Shown piece by piece: positions 9,113-19,538 of a DNA stretch of 64,000 nucleotides (within the stretch, counting starts at the first letter, position 1; each line of letters begins with the position of its first letter). The stretch spans positions 1,109-65,108 of the forward strand of contig CAZRSB010000004.1 of the NCBI GenBank assembly GCA_964602715.1, written 5' to 3'. The notes beneath the pieces were generated by a model. It saw only the letters and a list, made by a program, of their open reading frames with translations, was not told the origin of the DNA and did no database searches. The stretch comes from an uncultured Thermoplasmata archaeon (GTDB lineage Archaea; Thermoplasmatota; Thermoplasmata; Halarchaeoplasmatales; Halarchaeoplasmataceae). Both the position numbers and the translations under genes were made by a program.

Positions 9113-10603
9113 TTATAATCTATCCCTGATATTGAAACTTAAAAGGTTTCGTAATCTCTTCTTTTTGTAAAGGGAGGGATTAAACAATACAACTGCTGTA
9201 AATATCTCTAACCTGCCGATCCACATGAAAAGAGTCACGATCAATCTTCCTATGTAAGGTACTTCAGTGAAATCAGTCGCTACAAGACCTAGTCCGGGAC
9301 CTACATTGCCTAGGGTTATGGCAGAAGCTGCTATTCCAGAAACTAGATCCAGTCCTAATCCAACCATGATGATAGCACCTATAGCAAAAAGCATCATGTA
9401 AGCAGCGAAAAACATAGCGATGTTTTCAAGAGTACCTTCGTCAATAACTGAATTGCCCATTCGTACGACCAAAACCCTCCTTGGATTGATGACTTCTATG
9501 AATTTTCTTTTGATCATCTTGAATATTAGTAAGATCCTCATCACCTTGATACCCCCACTTGTTGAGCCAGCAGATCCCCCTATGAACATCACTATCAATA
9601 AAAGGAGTCTAAACAGTTCCGGCCACGCGTCGTAATTTGCAGTAGTGTAACCAGTAGTAGTCATCAAAGATACTACTTGAAATAGAGCATCTCGGATCGA
9701 GATCCCATAACTAGCTCCGATGGCACTTATGATAGCTGTGACAGAGAGTATTATTGCTATGTAAGTGACAAACTCAGAATTAGTAAACAGCTTCTTTAAT
9801 TTACCACTGAACGCTTGGTAATGAAGTGAGAAGTTCACCCCTGCTATAATCATAAAGAAAATAAAAATCCACTGCACTGTGGAAGAAAAAACTGCAATGC
9901 TATCTGTATGAGGTGAAAAACCACCGGTAGGTAGAGTCGTAAAAGAATGATATACCGCATCGTAGAGGCTGAGCCTTGCACCAAGCAACAGTAGCATTAG
10001 CATAAAGGTAAAAAGACAATATAGATACCAGAGTATTTTTGCAGTCTCTTTTATCTTGGGTTTTAATCTAGTGATTGTAGGGCCTGGTGCTTCAGCTTCA
10101 AGTAGTTTCATCCCACCGCTGCTCAATTTGGATAAGATGGCTACTGAAAGAACGATTATTCCCATACCACCAATCCATTGTAATAGTCCTCTCCAGAGCA
10201 TTAAACTTTTATCGTACTGCTCAAGAGGGAATTCTAATATGGTAGCGCCTGTTGTTGTTAAACCGGACATCGCCTCAAAAAATGCATTTATCGGTGAAGA
10301 CAAAGCGAAAGTCAAAAGAAAAGGTATCGCAGAGATCAATGCTAAAACTATCCAAGAAAAACTAACGAGAACTATTGCCTCATTATGATGAAAGTCTTCT
10401 GGTCTCCCAAACTTTTCTGCCGGATAACCTAAAGTTATAGTAAAAGAGGCCATGAATATGAATACTAAAGCATTAAAAGGTAAAAAACCAAACAAAATAG
10501 GTGTTTCCTGGTAGTAAATAGCTGGTATCACTGGAACAAAAAATGCAAGGCCGAATATTTTTAAGATTGAACCCAAGTTACCAACTACTACTTTCCATCT
10601 CAT
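9113..10603 (-). CDS. trkH: Trk potassium uptake permease TrkH
   Basis: FFEAMSGLTTTGAT, LQWIGGMGII, TGGFS, TTTGY, GGSAGSTSGGIK, GNVGPG, MWIGRLEI. Confidence 0.95.
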   Translation of the reverse strand: MRWKVVVGNLGSILKIFGLAFFVPVIPAIYYQETPILFGFLPFNALVFIFMASFTITLGYPAEKFGRPEDFHHNEAIVLVSFSWIVLALISAIPFLLTFALSSPINAFFEAMSGLTTTGATILEFPLEQYDKSLMLWRGLLQWIGGMGIIVLSVAILSKLSSGGMKLLEAEAPGPTITRLKPKIKETAKILWYLYCLFTFMLMLLLLGARLSLYDAVYHSFTTLPTGGFSPHTDSIAVFSSTVQWIFIFFMIIAGVNFSLHYQAFSGKLKKLFTNSEFVTYIAIILSVTAIISAIGASYGISIRDALFQVVSLMTTTGYTTANYDAWPELFRLLLLIVMFIGGSAGSTSGGIKVMRILLIFKMIKRKFIEVINPRRVLVVRMGNSVIDEGTLENIAMFFAAYMMLFAIGAIIMVGLGLDLVSGIAASAITLGNVGPGLGLVATDFTEVPYIGRLIVTLFMWIGRLEIFTAVVLFNPSLYKKKRLRNLLSFNIRDRL

Positions 10604-10604
10604 A

Positions 10605-11933
10605 TTAGAAACAATCCTCTACAGCGTTGATTTCCTCTTTTAGAACAAAGGTCAAAACTTGATCTCCTGCTCTAAATGTTTTTTCTCCTCTTGGGATGAT
10701 GGTCTTTCCGTCTCTTATAATAGCACCTACGATGCACTCGGGGGGAAGATTACTTTGAGCTAAAGCGGTTCCCTCTACAGGTGATTCCTTATCTACGTTC
10801 ATCTCTAGCAAATAAATATCTCCGCCATGAATTGGTATAGCTTTCAATGGATTCAATTCTCTCGCCAATCTCAACATGGTATTCGCGGTTTGAAGTTGTG
10901 GAGAAGCCGCCAAGTCTATGCCTATCGTTTCTATAAGTGATTTTACACCGAGTTCGTTGACTGTGGCTACTGTCTTATTTACACCATAGACTTTTGCTAA
11001 TAAAGATACTAAAACGTTATACTCTTCTGAATCAGTAGTTACGGCAACAGCATTCATCCTCAACACTCCTTCTTCTATCAAAACGTTTTTATCCCTAGCA
11101 TCTCCAATCAAGACCTCTATATCTCTCAATTCCTCGGCAGCCATCCTAGCCTTCTCTTCTGAGTTTTCTATAAGTTTTACCTCTACACCCCTTTTATTTA
11201 GTTTGTTTGCTATGTGTATCCCGATTGATGAGGCGCCAACAACTATAACTCTTTCTACAGACGATTTTCTAGTTCCTAAAAGTTTTAATATCTTTTTTTC
11301 TGCCTTTTTACCTTCAGTCATGACCACTATAGTATCGTCCTTTTTAAGCTTGTCATCTCCATGAGGGACTATCACCTCATTTCCTCTTATTATAGCACCC
11401 AAGTTAGCTTTTTTTGGGAAAGATATGTCCTTAATCTTTTTATTTTTAATACGTGAATTAGATAAAACCTTGAACTCTGTAACATTTATCTTGCCCCCCA
11501 TAGAAATCTTACGATCGATGGCAAAGGGAACAGTAATAACATCCGCTACCTTTCTAGCTACCAATAATTCTGGAGACACAGCATAATCAACGCCTATCTC
11601 CCTAAATCTCTGAGAGACCTCCCTCGAGATGTATTCTAAACCTCTTATCCTAGCCATGGTCTTACAACCTGCAGATTTGGCCATAGAACAAGCTACTAAA
11701 TTAGTCTCATTACTGTCCGTTACTGAGAAAAAATAATCTGATCCTTTGATATCTAGTGAATTCAAAAGTTCAGGTCTAGCTCCATTGCCTTTTACGACTT
11801 TGATATCTAAAGCTCTTGCCTTTTCACAGGCTTTTTCTGATTTATCCACGATTATAACATCATGACCTTTTCTCCTGATCGATTCTGCAAGTTGACGACC
11901 TACTTCACCTGCACCGATTATTATAACTTTCAT
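10605..11933 (-). CDS. trkA: Trk potassium uptake regulatory subunit TrkA
   Basis: Two RCK N/C pairs (IIGAGEVG; VVGASSIG); 1 bp gap to trkH. Confidence 0.95.
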   Translation of the reverse strand: MKVIIIGAGEVGRQLAESIRRKGHDVIIVDKSEKACEKARALDIKVVKGNGARPELLNSLDIKGSDYFFSVTDSNETNLVACSMAKSAGCKTMARIRGLEYISREVSQRFREIGVDYAVSPELLVARKVADVITVPFAIDRKISMGGKINVTEFKVLSNSRIKNKKIKDISFPKKANLGAIIRGNEVIVPHGDDKLKKDDTIVVMTEGKKAEKKILKLLGTRKSSVERVIVVGASSIGIHIANKLNKRGVEVKLIENSEEKARMAAEELRDIEVLIGDARDKNVLIEEGVLRMNAVAVTTDSEEYNVLVSLLAKVYGVNKTVATVNELGVKSLIETIGIDLAASPQLQTANTMLRLARELNPLKAIPIHGGDIYLLEMNVDKESPVEGTALAQSNLPPECIVGAIIRDGKTIIPRGEKTFRAGDQVLTFVLKEEINAVEDCF

Positions 11934-11959
11934 TTCTTTTCACCATTTCTCCAGTTTTG

Positions 11960-12241
11960 TCACAAAAGCTTTTTCAAAAGCTTTTGATGCTTTCTAATCT
12001 TCACCTCTTTTCCTTCCTCTGTCCTTAATTTTTCCACGTCCAATATACGTAATTTTATATTACTTTCTTCAACAAGTTCGTCTCCGAAAATAGAAACCAA
12101 GATATCATTTTTTTCAGTACTTACTACCACTAATTCTCCATTAGAGATATCCAGTTTTTTTAACACTTTTGAGTTCACTCTAGCCCTACCTGTAGATCTA
12201 ACAGGACTCACTTCAACTATCAAAACGTCGTCTTCCGTCAT
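11960..12241 (-). CDS. Small protein resembling a stand-alone double-psi beta-barrel (CDC48/VAT N-domain-like)
   Basis: GRARVNSKVLKKLDISNGELVVV...IKLRILDVEKLRTEEGKEVKIRK shows the duplicated DPBB pattern (similarity judged by eye). Confidence 0.5.
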   Translation of the reverse strand: MTEDDVLIVEVSPVRSTGRARVNSKVLKKLDISNGELVVVSTEKNDILVSIFGDELVEESNIKLRILDVEKLRTEEGKEVKIRKHQKLLKKLL

Positions 12242-12293
12242 ATCTAAAAGTACAGAATCATTTTATAGATATATATTTTAGGGAAACAAAGAG

Positions 12294-13037
12294 CTAACGG
12301 ATAATATCTAAAAGAGAAGGACCTTTTCTTATCTCTTCTCCAAAATCCTTGACTTTGATATCTTCTGTACCTAAAGAATCTTTGATTGTTTTTAAAGCTT
12401 CTTCTTTTCCTCCCAATCTATCTACGAGTCTATTCTCTTTTGCCTCTCGACCGAGAAATACCTTTCCTTCAAATACCTCAGAATTATCTTGTATACCTCT
12501 TCTAGTTTTGATCTGATCTTTGAACAACTCATTTATCTCTGAAACCATCTTTTTCCTATGCTTTTTTCCCTCTTCACTGAGTTTAGAAAAAGGCATACCC
12601 TCATCTTTGAACTTACCCTCTGACTGTATATCGAATTTGATGCCAAGTTTATCGAGAAAATCTGTAAGGTCTGGTCTTATAGATATAGTGCCAACACCTC
12701 CAACACTAGATAGCTCATCAGCTACGATGATATCACAACTAGATGCCAACCAGTAAGCACCAGAAGTACACTGTTCTTCGATCAAAGCTACTTTGAATAA
12801 ATCCAATTTACTCACTAGCTGGGAAATCCTTTTACTTGTATAAGGAGAGCCACCTGGAGAATTGATTTCAAGCAATAAAGCTTTGTACTTTGATTTATCT
12901 TTAATTTTTTCAATATATTTCTCTACTTTTCCCACAGTGGAAGAGCCAAATGGAGAGAACAGACCTCCTGGACTCTCCATGATCGGGCCTTCAATAGGGA
13001 TCACTGCTACTTTTTCTTTAAACAAACCTAAGATCAT
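12294..13037 (-). CDS. sppA: S49 family peptidase (short SppA type)
   Basis: LLEINSPGGS, SGAYWLAS, VGGVG, GKFKD, FEGKVFLGREAKENRLVD. Confidence 0.9.
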   Translation of the reverse strand: MILGLFKEKVAVIPIEGPIMESPGGLFSPFGSSTVGKVEKYIEKIKDKSKYKALLLEINSPGGSPYTSKRISQLVSKLDLFKVALIEEQCTSGAYWLASSCDIIVADELSSVGGVGTISIRPDLTDFLDKLGIKFDIQSEGKFKDEGMPFSKLSEEGKKHRKKMVSEINELFKDQIKTRRGIQDNSEVFEGKVFLGREAKENRLVDRLGGKEEALKTIKDSLGTEDIKVKDFGEEIRKGPSLLDIIR

Positions 13038-13240
13038 ATTTCAACTAAAAGGTTTTGTTTACTTAAATGTTGAGTTAAAAAGTAGTTTAAATCAAAAAAC
13101 CGTACAGAAAATAAAAAAGGTATAAGACTCTTCAGTCGATTCTTATATCGCATCAAAACCAAAAAATATAATAACATCAAATGTTGTTTTATATTAGAGT
13201 TGTAAAGTAAAAATATTTGTGTCTCTGTCGGGAGGTCAAT

Positions 13241-13663
13241 ATGATCAAAAAAGACGATCTAGAGGGTAAAAGAAATTTGAGTAGAATACTTTCCTCCGAA
13301 CTTAAAACGAAGGATGAAAAAATTTTAGACCTTATAAAAAAGATCGATAAATCAAAAGATATGTGTAGCTCTAGTAAGGAAAAAGAGATAGTCCTAACAT
13401 TTTTAAAATATCTAAGATCAGAAGGTGAGATATCAGAAAGAGATTTGAAGATGAACATATATCTGGAATTTCTTGAAGACTCCTCAGAAGGAGAATTTTT
13501 GAGTATGAGAAAAAAGGTCGATGTCTCAGATGAAGAGATATGGGAGATAGGCAAGAATAGTTTAGATCTACTTGAGGAGAAAACCGGATATATAGAAACT
13601 CCAAAAAAGGGAGATCAAAAGTTTTATAGATGGAACGAATCTAGAGAAAATTCAAATGGATGA
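13241..13663 (+). CDS. Hypothetical protein with a winged-helix-like domain (related to 60917..61567)
   Basis: GGAGGT RBS precedes the ATG at 13241; motif FLKYLRSEGEISERDLKMNIY...W...LDLLEEKTGYIET. Confidence 0.6.
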   Translation: MIKKDDLEGKRNLSRILSSELKTKDEKILDLIKKIDKSKDMCSSSKEKEIVLTFLKYLRSEGEISERDLKMNIYLEFLEDSSEGEFLSMRKKVDVSDEEIWEIGKNSLDLLEEKTGYIETPKKGDQKFYRWNESRENSNG

Positions 13664-13711
13664 TTATAATTTACTTTTCAGGAGCACATTGCTAAAATCT
13701 TTTAATTTTTC

Positions 13712-16246
13712 TCAATTAGCCAACAATCTTTCACACCGTTTTTTCCAAAGATCCATACCTCTTTTTTGAAAGTGACTAGATGCCTCTTTGATCAATTCTT
13801 GATTTTGCTCATCACCCTTATTTTTCAAAACTTGACCTAAATCAAATAAAGAAATCGCTTTTTGATCAAAAGATTCTGTTTTTTCAAATATATCTATAGA
13901 TTGTTCCAAAAGATTCTTAGCTTTTTCTAAATTTTTATTTTCCCTTTCGATCAAACCATTTAGATGTTTTACAAGTCCTGTATCTCTTTCTATATCTCGT
14001 TTTGTAATCAGGAATCTTAGATCGCCAAGACGATCATTAGCCTTATCTATATTTCCTTCATGCACTTCTAGTTTCCCCATTAGATACTCCTGCTCTATTT
14101 TAACCTGCAGGCACCCTATTTGATCTAAAATACTTTTACTCTCATCAAGAGTTATTCGGGCTTTATCGAATTCCTCCATCTCAATATAGATATCACCTTT
14201 ATTCGTGAGAAGTTGGCTTTCTTCAAATCTATTCCCTACTTTTTGAGATAATTTTAATCCTTTGTTTATCTGATCTAATGATTTTTCAAGTTCACCTTTC
14301 TTTTTGTATACTACTCCTAGGTTGTTCAAAATTTGTGCCTGTTTTGATTTGTATCCCATCTGGTCATAGGCATCTAAACACTCGTTATAAATCTCGATAG
14401 CCTTCTCTAAATTACCATTGAGACTATATACACTAGCTAAATTATTCATAGTTGCTGAGAGTTCTCTCATGTCTTCAATTTCTTCTCTTAGTTTTCTAGC
14501 TTTTTCTAAATTTTTTATCGAGTCTTCAAAATCCCTCAATGCAAAGGCTGCACTACCTATATTATGAAGAGATTGAGCTAAAAACACTTTGTCCCCGATG
14601 TCTTCTGCGATTCTTTTGCTCATCTTGAAAGCCTTATAAGCCTCTTCAAGATGACCGATCTTCATCAACGACCATCCCTTTTTACCCAATAGTTTACCTT
14701 GATCTAAAGTACCCTCATCTTCTAGTGAAAGTCTATTATTTATCAATTCAAGTGCCTTTTCATACTCCCCTTGCTCCTGGAGTGTAGTGATTATCTCGAT
14801 ATAAACCCTCTGTTCGTACTCAAAGTCTTCCACAAGAGGAATGGCCTTTTGCAAGATCCCTCGACTTTCTTCAAAGTTCCCTAAGATCCTATGAGTATCA
14901 GCCATATCTTTTAGGATCTCAAGTTTTCTTATTTTATCAATATCTCTATCAAAGTTAGAAAGGATATCTAAAACTATATCATATATCTGAAGTGCATCCT
15001 CATGTGCAAATGATATCCTAGCATTCTCAGCGGCTTTTAAATAATATTCCATAGCTTTTTCATAATCTTCCCCACTTAGATAATGCTCAGCTAGAGAAAC
15101 ATATGGTTTTTCAAGCTCATCATTATTGATTTTTTCTATTGTCTCTGCTACTCTAAGGTGTAACCTTTGTCTTTCTGCCCATTTTCCTATTCCTTCATAA
15201 ACTGTCTTCCTTATTGTTTCATGGGAAAAATAAAGATATTCTTCATACTCACATTCTTCCCAAAGGTTGCTTTCAATCAAATCATCCACATGATCGAGAA
15301 TTTCTAGCTCCTCCAGTTCGGAAGAGTTGGCTAATAGAGGAAAAAATATCTTATCACCTATAACACTCCCCAATTGGATCAAAGACCTCGCTTCTTTTGA
15401 AAGACGAGATATCCTTTGTTTAATAACATCTTGGAGCAGGTCTGGTATTATGAACTCATCTTCATCTGGAAATTTTCCTTCCCAAGGAGATATAAGACCT
15501 TGCTCCAACATATTCCTCAAACTGATTCTGATAAATAAGGGATTACCTTTGGTCTTTTTTTGAAGTAATTTTAAAAATTTTTCTGGTATGTTTTTACATC
15601 CCAGCAATCTTTGTACCATCTTTTTACTATTTTTAAAAGAAAAAGGTTGCAGTTTGATATCTATATATAGATCCTTCCTGGACATTTGATTTTTCATGTT
15701 GGTAAACTCGTCTCCAGGGATTACATCTCCAGGTCTATACGTGCCTATAAATAATGAGGCATGATCACTTAAACGATCGGAAAGATAATGAAATAAATTC
15801 AAGGTACCCCTATCGGCATCGTGCATATCTTCGATGATAAATACGTGAGGAACTTTTTCAATATCTTTTTTTAAAACTTCCGCTGTTTCATAAAAAGCGG
15901 CATTCTTATGAGCCTCTAACATATCTCTATCTTTCAGCTCAATGTCCTGTAAATTTTCTATCTGAGTTAACGTAGGAAGAGATTCTTTTTTACCAGAGGT
16001 CCAAGCCTCTCTAATGGGAAGATACGGTTTATTTATTCCACTGACACAACGACCTTCCATGATCTTAAAATCTCTATTTTTTCCCTCATTTTTAATCTGC
16101 CTAATAAAAGTCGTTTTGCCTACACCAGGTTCACCCTGGATAAATACTGTTTTACCATCTCCTTTTTCTAAATTATCAAGTAAATCTCTCATCTTTTCAA
16201 GATTTTTTTCACGGTTTACAAGAATATTAGTTGTTCGTTTATTCAT
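13712..16246 (-). CDS. STAND-class P-loop NTPase with C-terminal TPR array, no N-terminal effector domain
   Basis: Walker A GEPGVGKTT, Walker B VFIIEDMH, GTYRP, GNPLF, HETIRKTVY, then multiple TPRs. Confidence 0.88.
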   Translation of the reverse strand: MNKRTTNILVNREKNLEKMRDLLDNLEKGDGKTVFIQGEPGVGKTTFIRQIKNEGKNRDFKIMEGRCVSGINKPYLPIREAWTSGKKESLPTLTQIENLQDIELKDRDMLEAHKNAAFYETAEVLKKDIEKVPHVFIIEDMHDADRGTLNLFHYLSDRLSDHASLFIGTYRPGDVIPGDEFTNMKNQMSRKDLYIDIKLQPFSFKNSKKMVQRLLGCKNIPEKFLKLLQKKTKGNPLFIRISLRNMLEQGLISPWEGKFPDEDEFIIPDLLQDVIKQRISRLSKEARSLIQLGSVIGDKIFFPLLANSSELEELEILDHVDDLIESNLWEECEYEEYLYFSHETIRKTVYEGIGKWAERQRLHLRVAETIEKINNDELEKPYVSLAEHYLSGEDYEKAMEYYLKAAENARISFAHEDALQIYDIVLDILSNFDRDIDKIRKLEILKDMADTHRILGNFEESRGILQKAIPLVEDFEYEQRVYIEIITTLQEQGEYEKALELINNRLSLEDEGTLDQGKLLGKKGWSLMKIGHLEEAYKAFKMSKRIAEDIGDKVFLAQSLHNIGSAAFALRDFEDSIKNLEKARKLREEIEDMRELSATMNNLASVYSLNGNLEKAIEIYNECLDAYDQMGYKSKQAQILNNLGVVYKKKGELEKSLDQINKGLKLSQKVGNRFEESQLLTNKGDIYIEMEEFDKARITLDESKSILDQIGCLQVKIEQEYLMGKLEVHEGNIDKANDRLGDLRFLITKRDIERDTGLVKHLNGLIERENKNLEKAKNLLEQSIDIFEKTESFDQKAISLFDLGQVLKNKGDEQNQELIKEASSHFQKRGMDLWKKRCERLLAN

Positions 16247-16288
16247 ATCTTTACACCTTTTTGTAGAGGAACTTTTTTCAACTAAATA

Positions 16289-19200
16289 TCAATCAAACTC
16301 GTCTATCTTCGTTTTTGCTTTCTGAATCCAGTGCTTCATTCCCTTCTCTTTGAACATCTCAAGGGCATCTTTAAGATAACTAAAGGATTCTTCGATATCC
16401 TCTTTTTCAAGGTACAGGACACCGATCTCAAAAAGGGTCACAGGATACTCGATAGGATCAACTCCCTTTAATAAATCTTCAGATCTGAATAGCTCTTTTT
16501 CGGCCTTTTCATATCTCTCTTTATTCCGATATAATTTGCCGCTCACTCTTCTACATATACCCTCTATAAGGTTATTTTCCACTTCTTGAGATAATTCTAT
16601 CGCTTCATTCATCTTTTCTTCAGCTCGATCGATGTTTCCTCGAAGCAAGTCTATCTCAGCGATAGAAGACAAAGTTGAAGCTACTTCAGCTTCTTCTGCA
16701 ACGTTTTCATAAAGCCGTTTAGCTTCTTGAAACTTTTCTAAAGCCTTATCTAACTGACCATCTAATAGTAGTACTTTTCCAAGCCCTTCAAGAGCCCAAG
16801 CAGTTCTAAATTTTACATTAGCACCCCTATATATTTCTAGGGCATCTTGATGATGTTCTAATGCTGTTTCTAATTCACCCATTTTCCGATAGGCTATGGC
16901 CATATTATTCAAACATCTAGCGATACCATTTTGACTGCCTACTTTCTCTTCAATAGATTTTGACTTTTGAAAATGATCTAAACCCTTTTTAAATTCGCCT
17001 CTATCTCTGTATATATCTCCTAAATTATTGTGAGCTGTAGCCATCCCTATTATATCTCTTCTCATCTCACAGTTCTCTAAACCTTCTTTGAAATACTCTT
17101 CAGCTTCGTCAAATTCACTTTGATACATCTTAACTAAACCTAAATTATTCAAAGAAGATATCAACCTTTCATCTTCATCTAGATCTTTCCAGATGTCTAT
17201 AGCTTTCTTAAAATGTTTAGTTGCTTCTTCCATTTCTCCTAGATGATATTTTAAGGAACCAAAATCATGATGTGAACCTGCGATCAATTTTTTGTCATCG
17301 ATTTTAAATGCCAATTGTTTCTCTTTTTCAAAAAGCTCCTCAGCATTATCGAGATCTCCTCTCTGTAGAGTAGACCATGCTTTTTGACCTAACAATTTAC
17401 AGACCTCGCTTGAATATTGCTCCTTTTCTTCTTCTGAATCGACTAGTTCCAACCCCTTTTCTACTATATCTATAGTTTTGTCTAGTTCTCTCTTCTCCCA
17501 ATGTGAGTTAGATATCTTTCGATAAATTCTTAGCTCTGTCTCTTTCTCTATCTCTTTTTCTAAAATTGAGCGATAAGTTTCATTTGATTTTTCATACTCC
17601 CCGATTAACTTATACGTATCTCCTAAGCTCTCTAAAATATCTATAACCTGTTTATCATCGGATTGTTTCGCCATTTTTAAAGCCCTTTTATACATCTCAA
17701 TTGCATCTTTCTGGGCAAAACTTTTTTTGGCATTTTCGCTTGCTTTGAGGTAATAATCCAAAGCCTGGTCTATATTTTGTGCTTTCTCATGATGTCTGCC
17801 TAGATCTGAATACCACTCTTCCAATTCATGGTCATATAGCTTCTCTATATTGTTAGCTACTCTCTTATGAAGAAGTTTCTTTTTCAACCTCTTGATATCT
17901 TTGTAAACAGTTTGCTTTATTAGCTCATGAGAAAAGTAAAATTTCTCCCCTTCTGTATCCTCATCCCACAATTGGTTACCCATCAGCATGTCTATATGAT
18001 CTAAAAGATCTATCTCGTCTAGGTCCATCGTTTTAGCAAGAAGATCAAAAGGTATCGGATCACCTATCACGCTGCCAATCTCTACCACCTTCACAGTTTC
18101 ATCATCCAATCGGTTCACTCTTCTTTCAATTACGTTGTGAACCATCTCTGAGACAGAGATGTCACTTTCATCACTAGGATACAGATCCTTTTTAGGATCT
18201 AGAATTTTCTCTTCGAGCATCTGCCTCAAACTCTCCTTTATGAAGAGCGGATTACCCTCTGTTTTTTCATGGATCCTTTCAATAAAATAATCCGGGACTT
18301 CTTCAGTACCTAAAAAACACTTAATGGTTTCTTCAGTATCTTCATATCTTAAAGGTTCGAGTTTGATCTTTTTTGATTTTCTTTTTCTAGTCAATCTATT
18401 CATCATCTCTATTAAATGATGATCTTCAGAGACATCTTCGGGTCGATAGGCTCCTATAAATAAAACTGGATCCCCATCCAATTTATCGTTCATATAGGCT
18501 AAGATATCCAATGTTGCTTCATCTACCCACTGGAGATCATCCAAAAATACAACTAATGGTTTTTTTTCGGCGATCTCTTTTATGTACTTCGTGGTTTCAT
18601 AGAAAGTCTCTTTCTTCTTAGCATCGAATAATCTTTTATCCTGAATACTCTCTTCATCCTTGCCAGGACCTATGAACGCCATTCCAGCTGTTTCTTGTTT
18701 TCTTGTCATACCTTCTATAAACTCACTAAAAGCTTCCTTAAAAGGAAGATAAGGATCAGATAGCTCACTTTGACAAGTACCCATCAAAAATTCAAATCCT
18801 AACTCCTGAGCGAAGGGCTTCAATTTAGATACAAGGGAAGTTTTTCCTATCCCAGCTTCGCCCTCTATGAAGATCGTTTTTCCACCCTCTTGTTTGACTT
18901 CTTTGAGATTCTCATTAAGTTCTATCTGCTCTTCTTTCCTACCTACAAATACTTCTATATCATTCTCTAATTCTTTAAGATTTATAATACCTTCTTCATC
19001 GATAGTGCTCAAACCTTTAACTATAGGATTTCTCCCACCGATATGATTATTAATCTTTTTAACGGGCATCTCTTTTTCTCCATCCTCAGTCAACAATGTC
19101 ACATACTCTTCTTTTATCGATTTCCAAAATTCGGTCTCGCTCTGTTTACCTTTTTTTGTCAGAAAATAAACATTTCTCTTTTTATCTGAATTTATAACAA

Positions 19201-19393
19201 ATCTTATATCTTCCTCTATTAGTCCCTCTTCTTTTATCTCTTTCAGAGTGTTATAAGGTGCGCGTTCGGTTATACCTACTGCTTCCGCTATACCTCTTGG
19301 CGTTATACAATAAGGCACCTCATCTTCATCCTTATATTCATCATATCCCTGCAGATATGTCAATACCATATCTTTTTCGCTAATTTCAAGCAT
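16289..19393 (-). CDS. wHTH + STAND NTPase + TPR protein
   Basis: N-terminal HTH (ITPRGIAEAVGITERAPYNTLKEIKEEGLI...YFLTKKG), VGRKEE, GEAGIGKTS, VVFLDDLQWVD, GAYRP, GNPLF, more than 10 TPRs. Confidence 0.9.
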   Translation of the reverse strand: MLEISEKDMVLTYLQGYDEYKDEDEVPYCITPRGIAEAVGITERAPYNTLKEIKEEGLIEEDIRFVINSDKKRNVYFLTKKGKQSETEFWKSIKEEYVTLLTEDGEKEMPVKKINNHIGGRNPIVKGLSTIDEEGIINLKELENDIEVFVGRKEEQIELNENLKEVKQEGGKTIFIEGEAGIGKTSLVSKLKPFAQELGFEFLMGTCQSELSDPYLPFKEAFSEFIEGMTRKQETAGMAFIGPGKDEESIQDKRLFDAKKKETFYETTKYIKEIAEKKPLVVFLDDLQWVDEATLDILAYMNDKLDGDPVLFIGAYRPEDVSEDHHLIEMMNRLTRKRKSKKIKLEPLRYEDTEETIKCFLGTEEVPDYFIERIHEKTEGNPLFIKESLRQMLEEKILDPKKDLYPSDESDISVSEMVHNVIERRVNRLDDETVKVVEIGSVIGDPIPFDLLAKTMDLDEIDLLDHIDMLMGNQLWDEDTEGEKFYFSHELIKQTVYKDIKRLKKKLLHKRVANNIEKLYDHELEEWYSDLGRHHEKAQNIDQALDYYLKASENAKKSFAQKDAIEMYKRALKMAKQSDDKQVIDILESLGDTYKLIGEYEKSNETYRSILEKEIEKETELRIYRKISNSHWEKRELDKTIDIVEKGLELVDSEEEKEQYSSEVCKLLGQKAWSTLQRGDLDNAEELFEKEKQLAFKIDDKKLIAGSHHDFGSLKYHLGEMEEATKHFKKAIDIWKDLDEDERLISSLNNLGLVKMYQSEFDEAEEYFKEGLENCEMRRDIIGMATAHNNLGDIYRDRGEFKKGLDHFQKSKSIEEKVGSQNGIARCLNNMAIAYRKMGELETALEHHQDALEIYRGANVKFRTAWALEGLGKVLLLDGQLDKALEKFQEAKRLYENVAEEAEVASTLSSIAEIDLLRGNIDRAEEKMNEAIELSQEVENNLIEGICRRVSGKLYRNKERYEKAEKELFRSEDLLKGVDPIEYPVTLFEIGVLYLEKEDIEESFSYLKDALEMFKEKGMKHWIQKAKTKIDEFD

Positions 19394-19538
19394 CAACGAG
19401 TATATCAAGACAATACTTATTAATTTTTAGGTAATATTCTTATAGTTTTAAGTAGCCACATCATAGTAGATATTGTCATTATTCCTGTTTCTTTCGACGG
19501 TGATAACCTTTTTAAACTATGAAAAAATACTGATGTTG

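Noticed and set aside
13712-19393. Calling the STAND pair an Avs antiviral system
   Set aside because: No nuclease, TIR, Sir2, protease or TM effector domain is visible and no defence-island context exists; kept only as a hypothesis.
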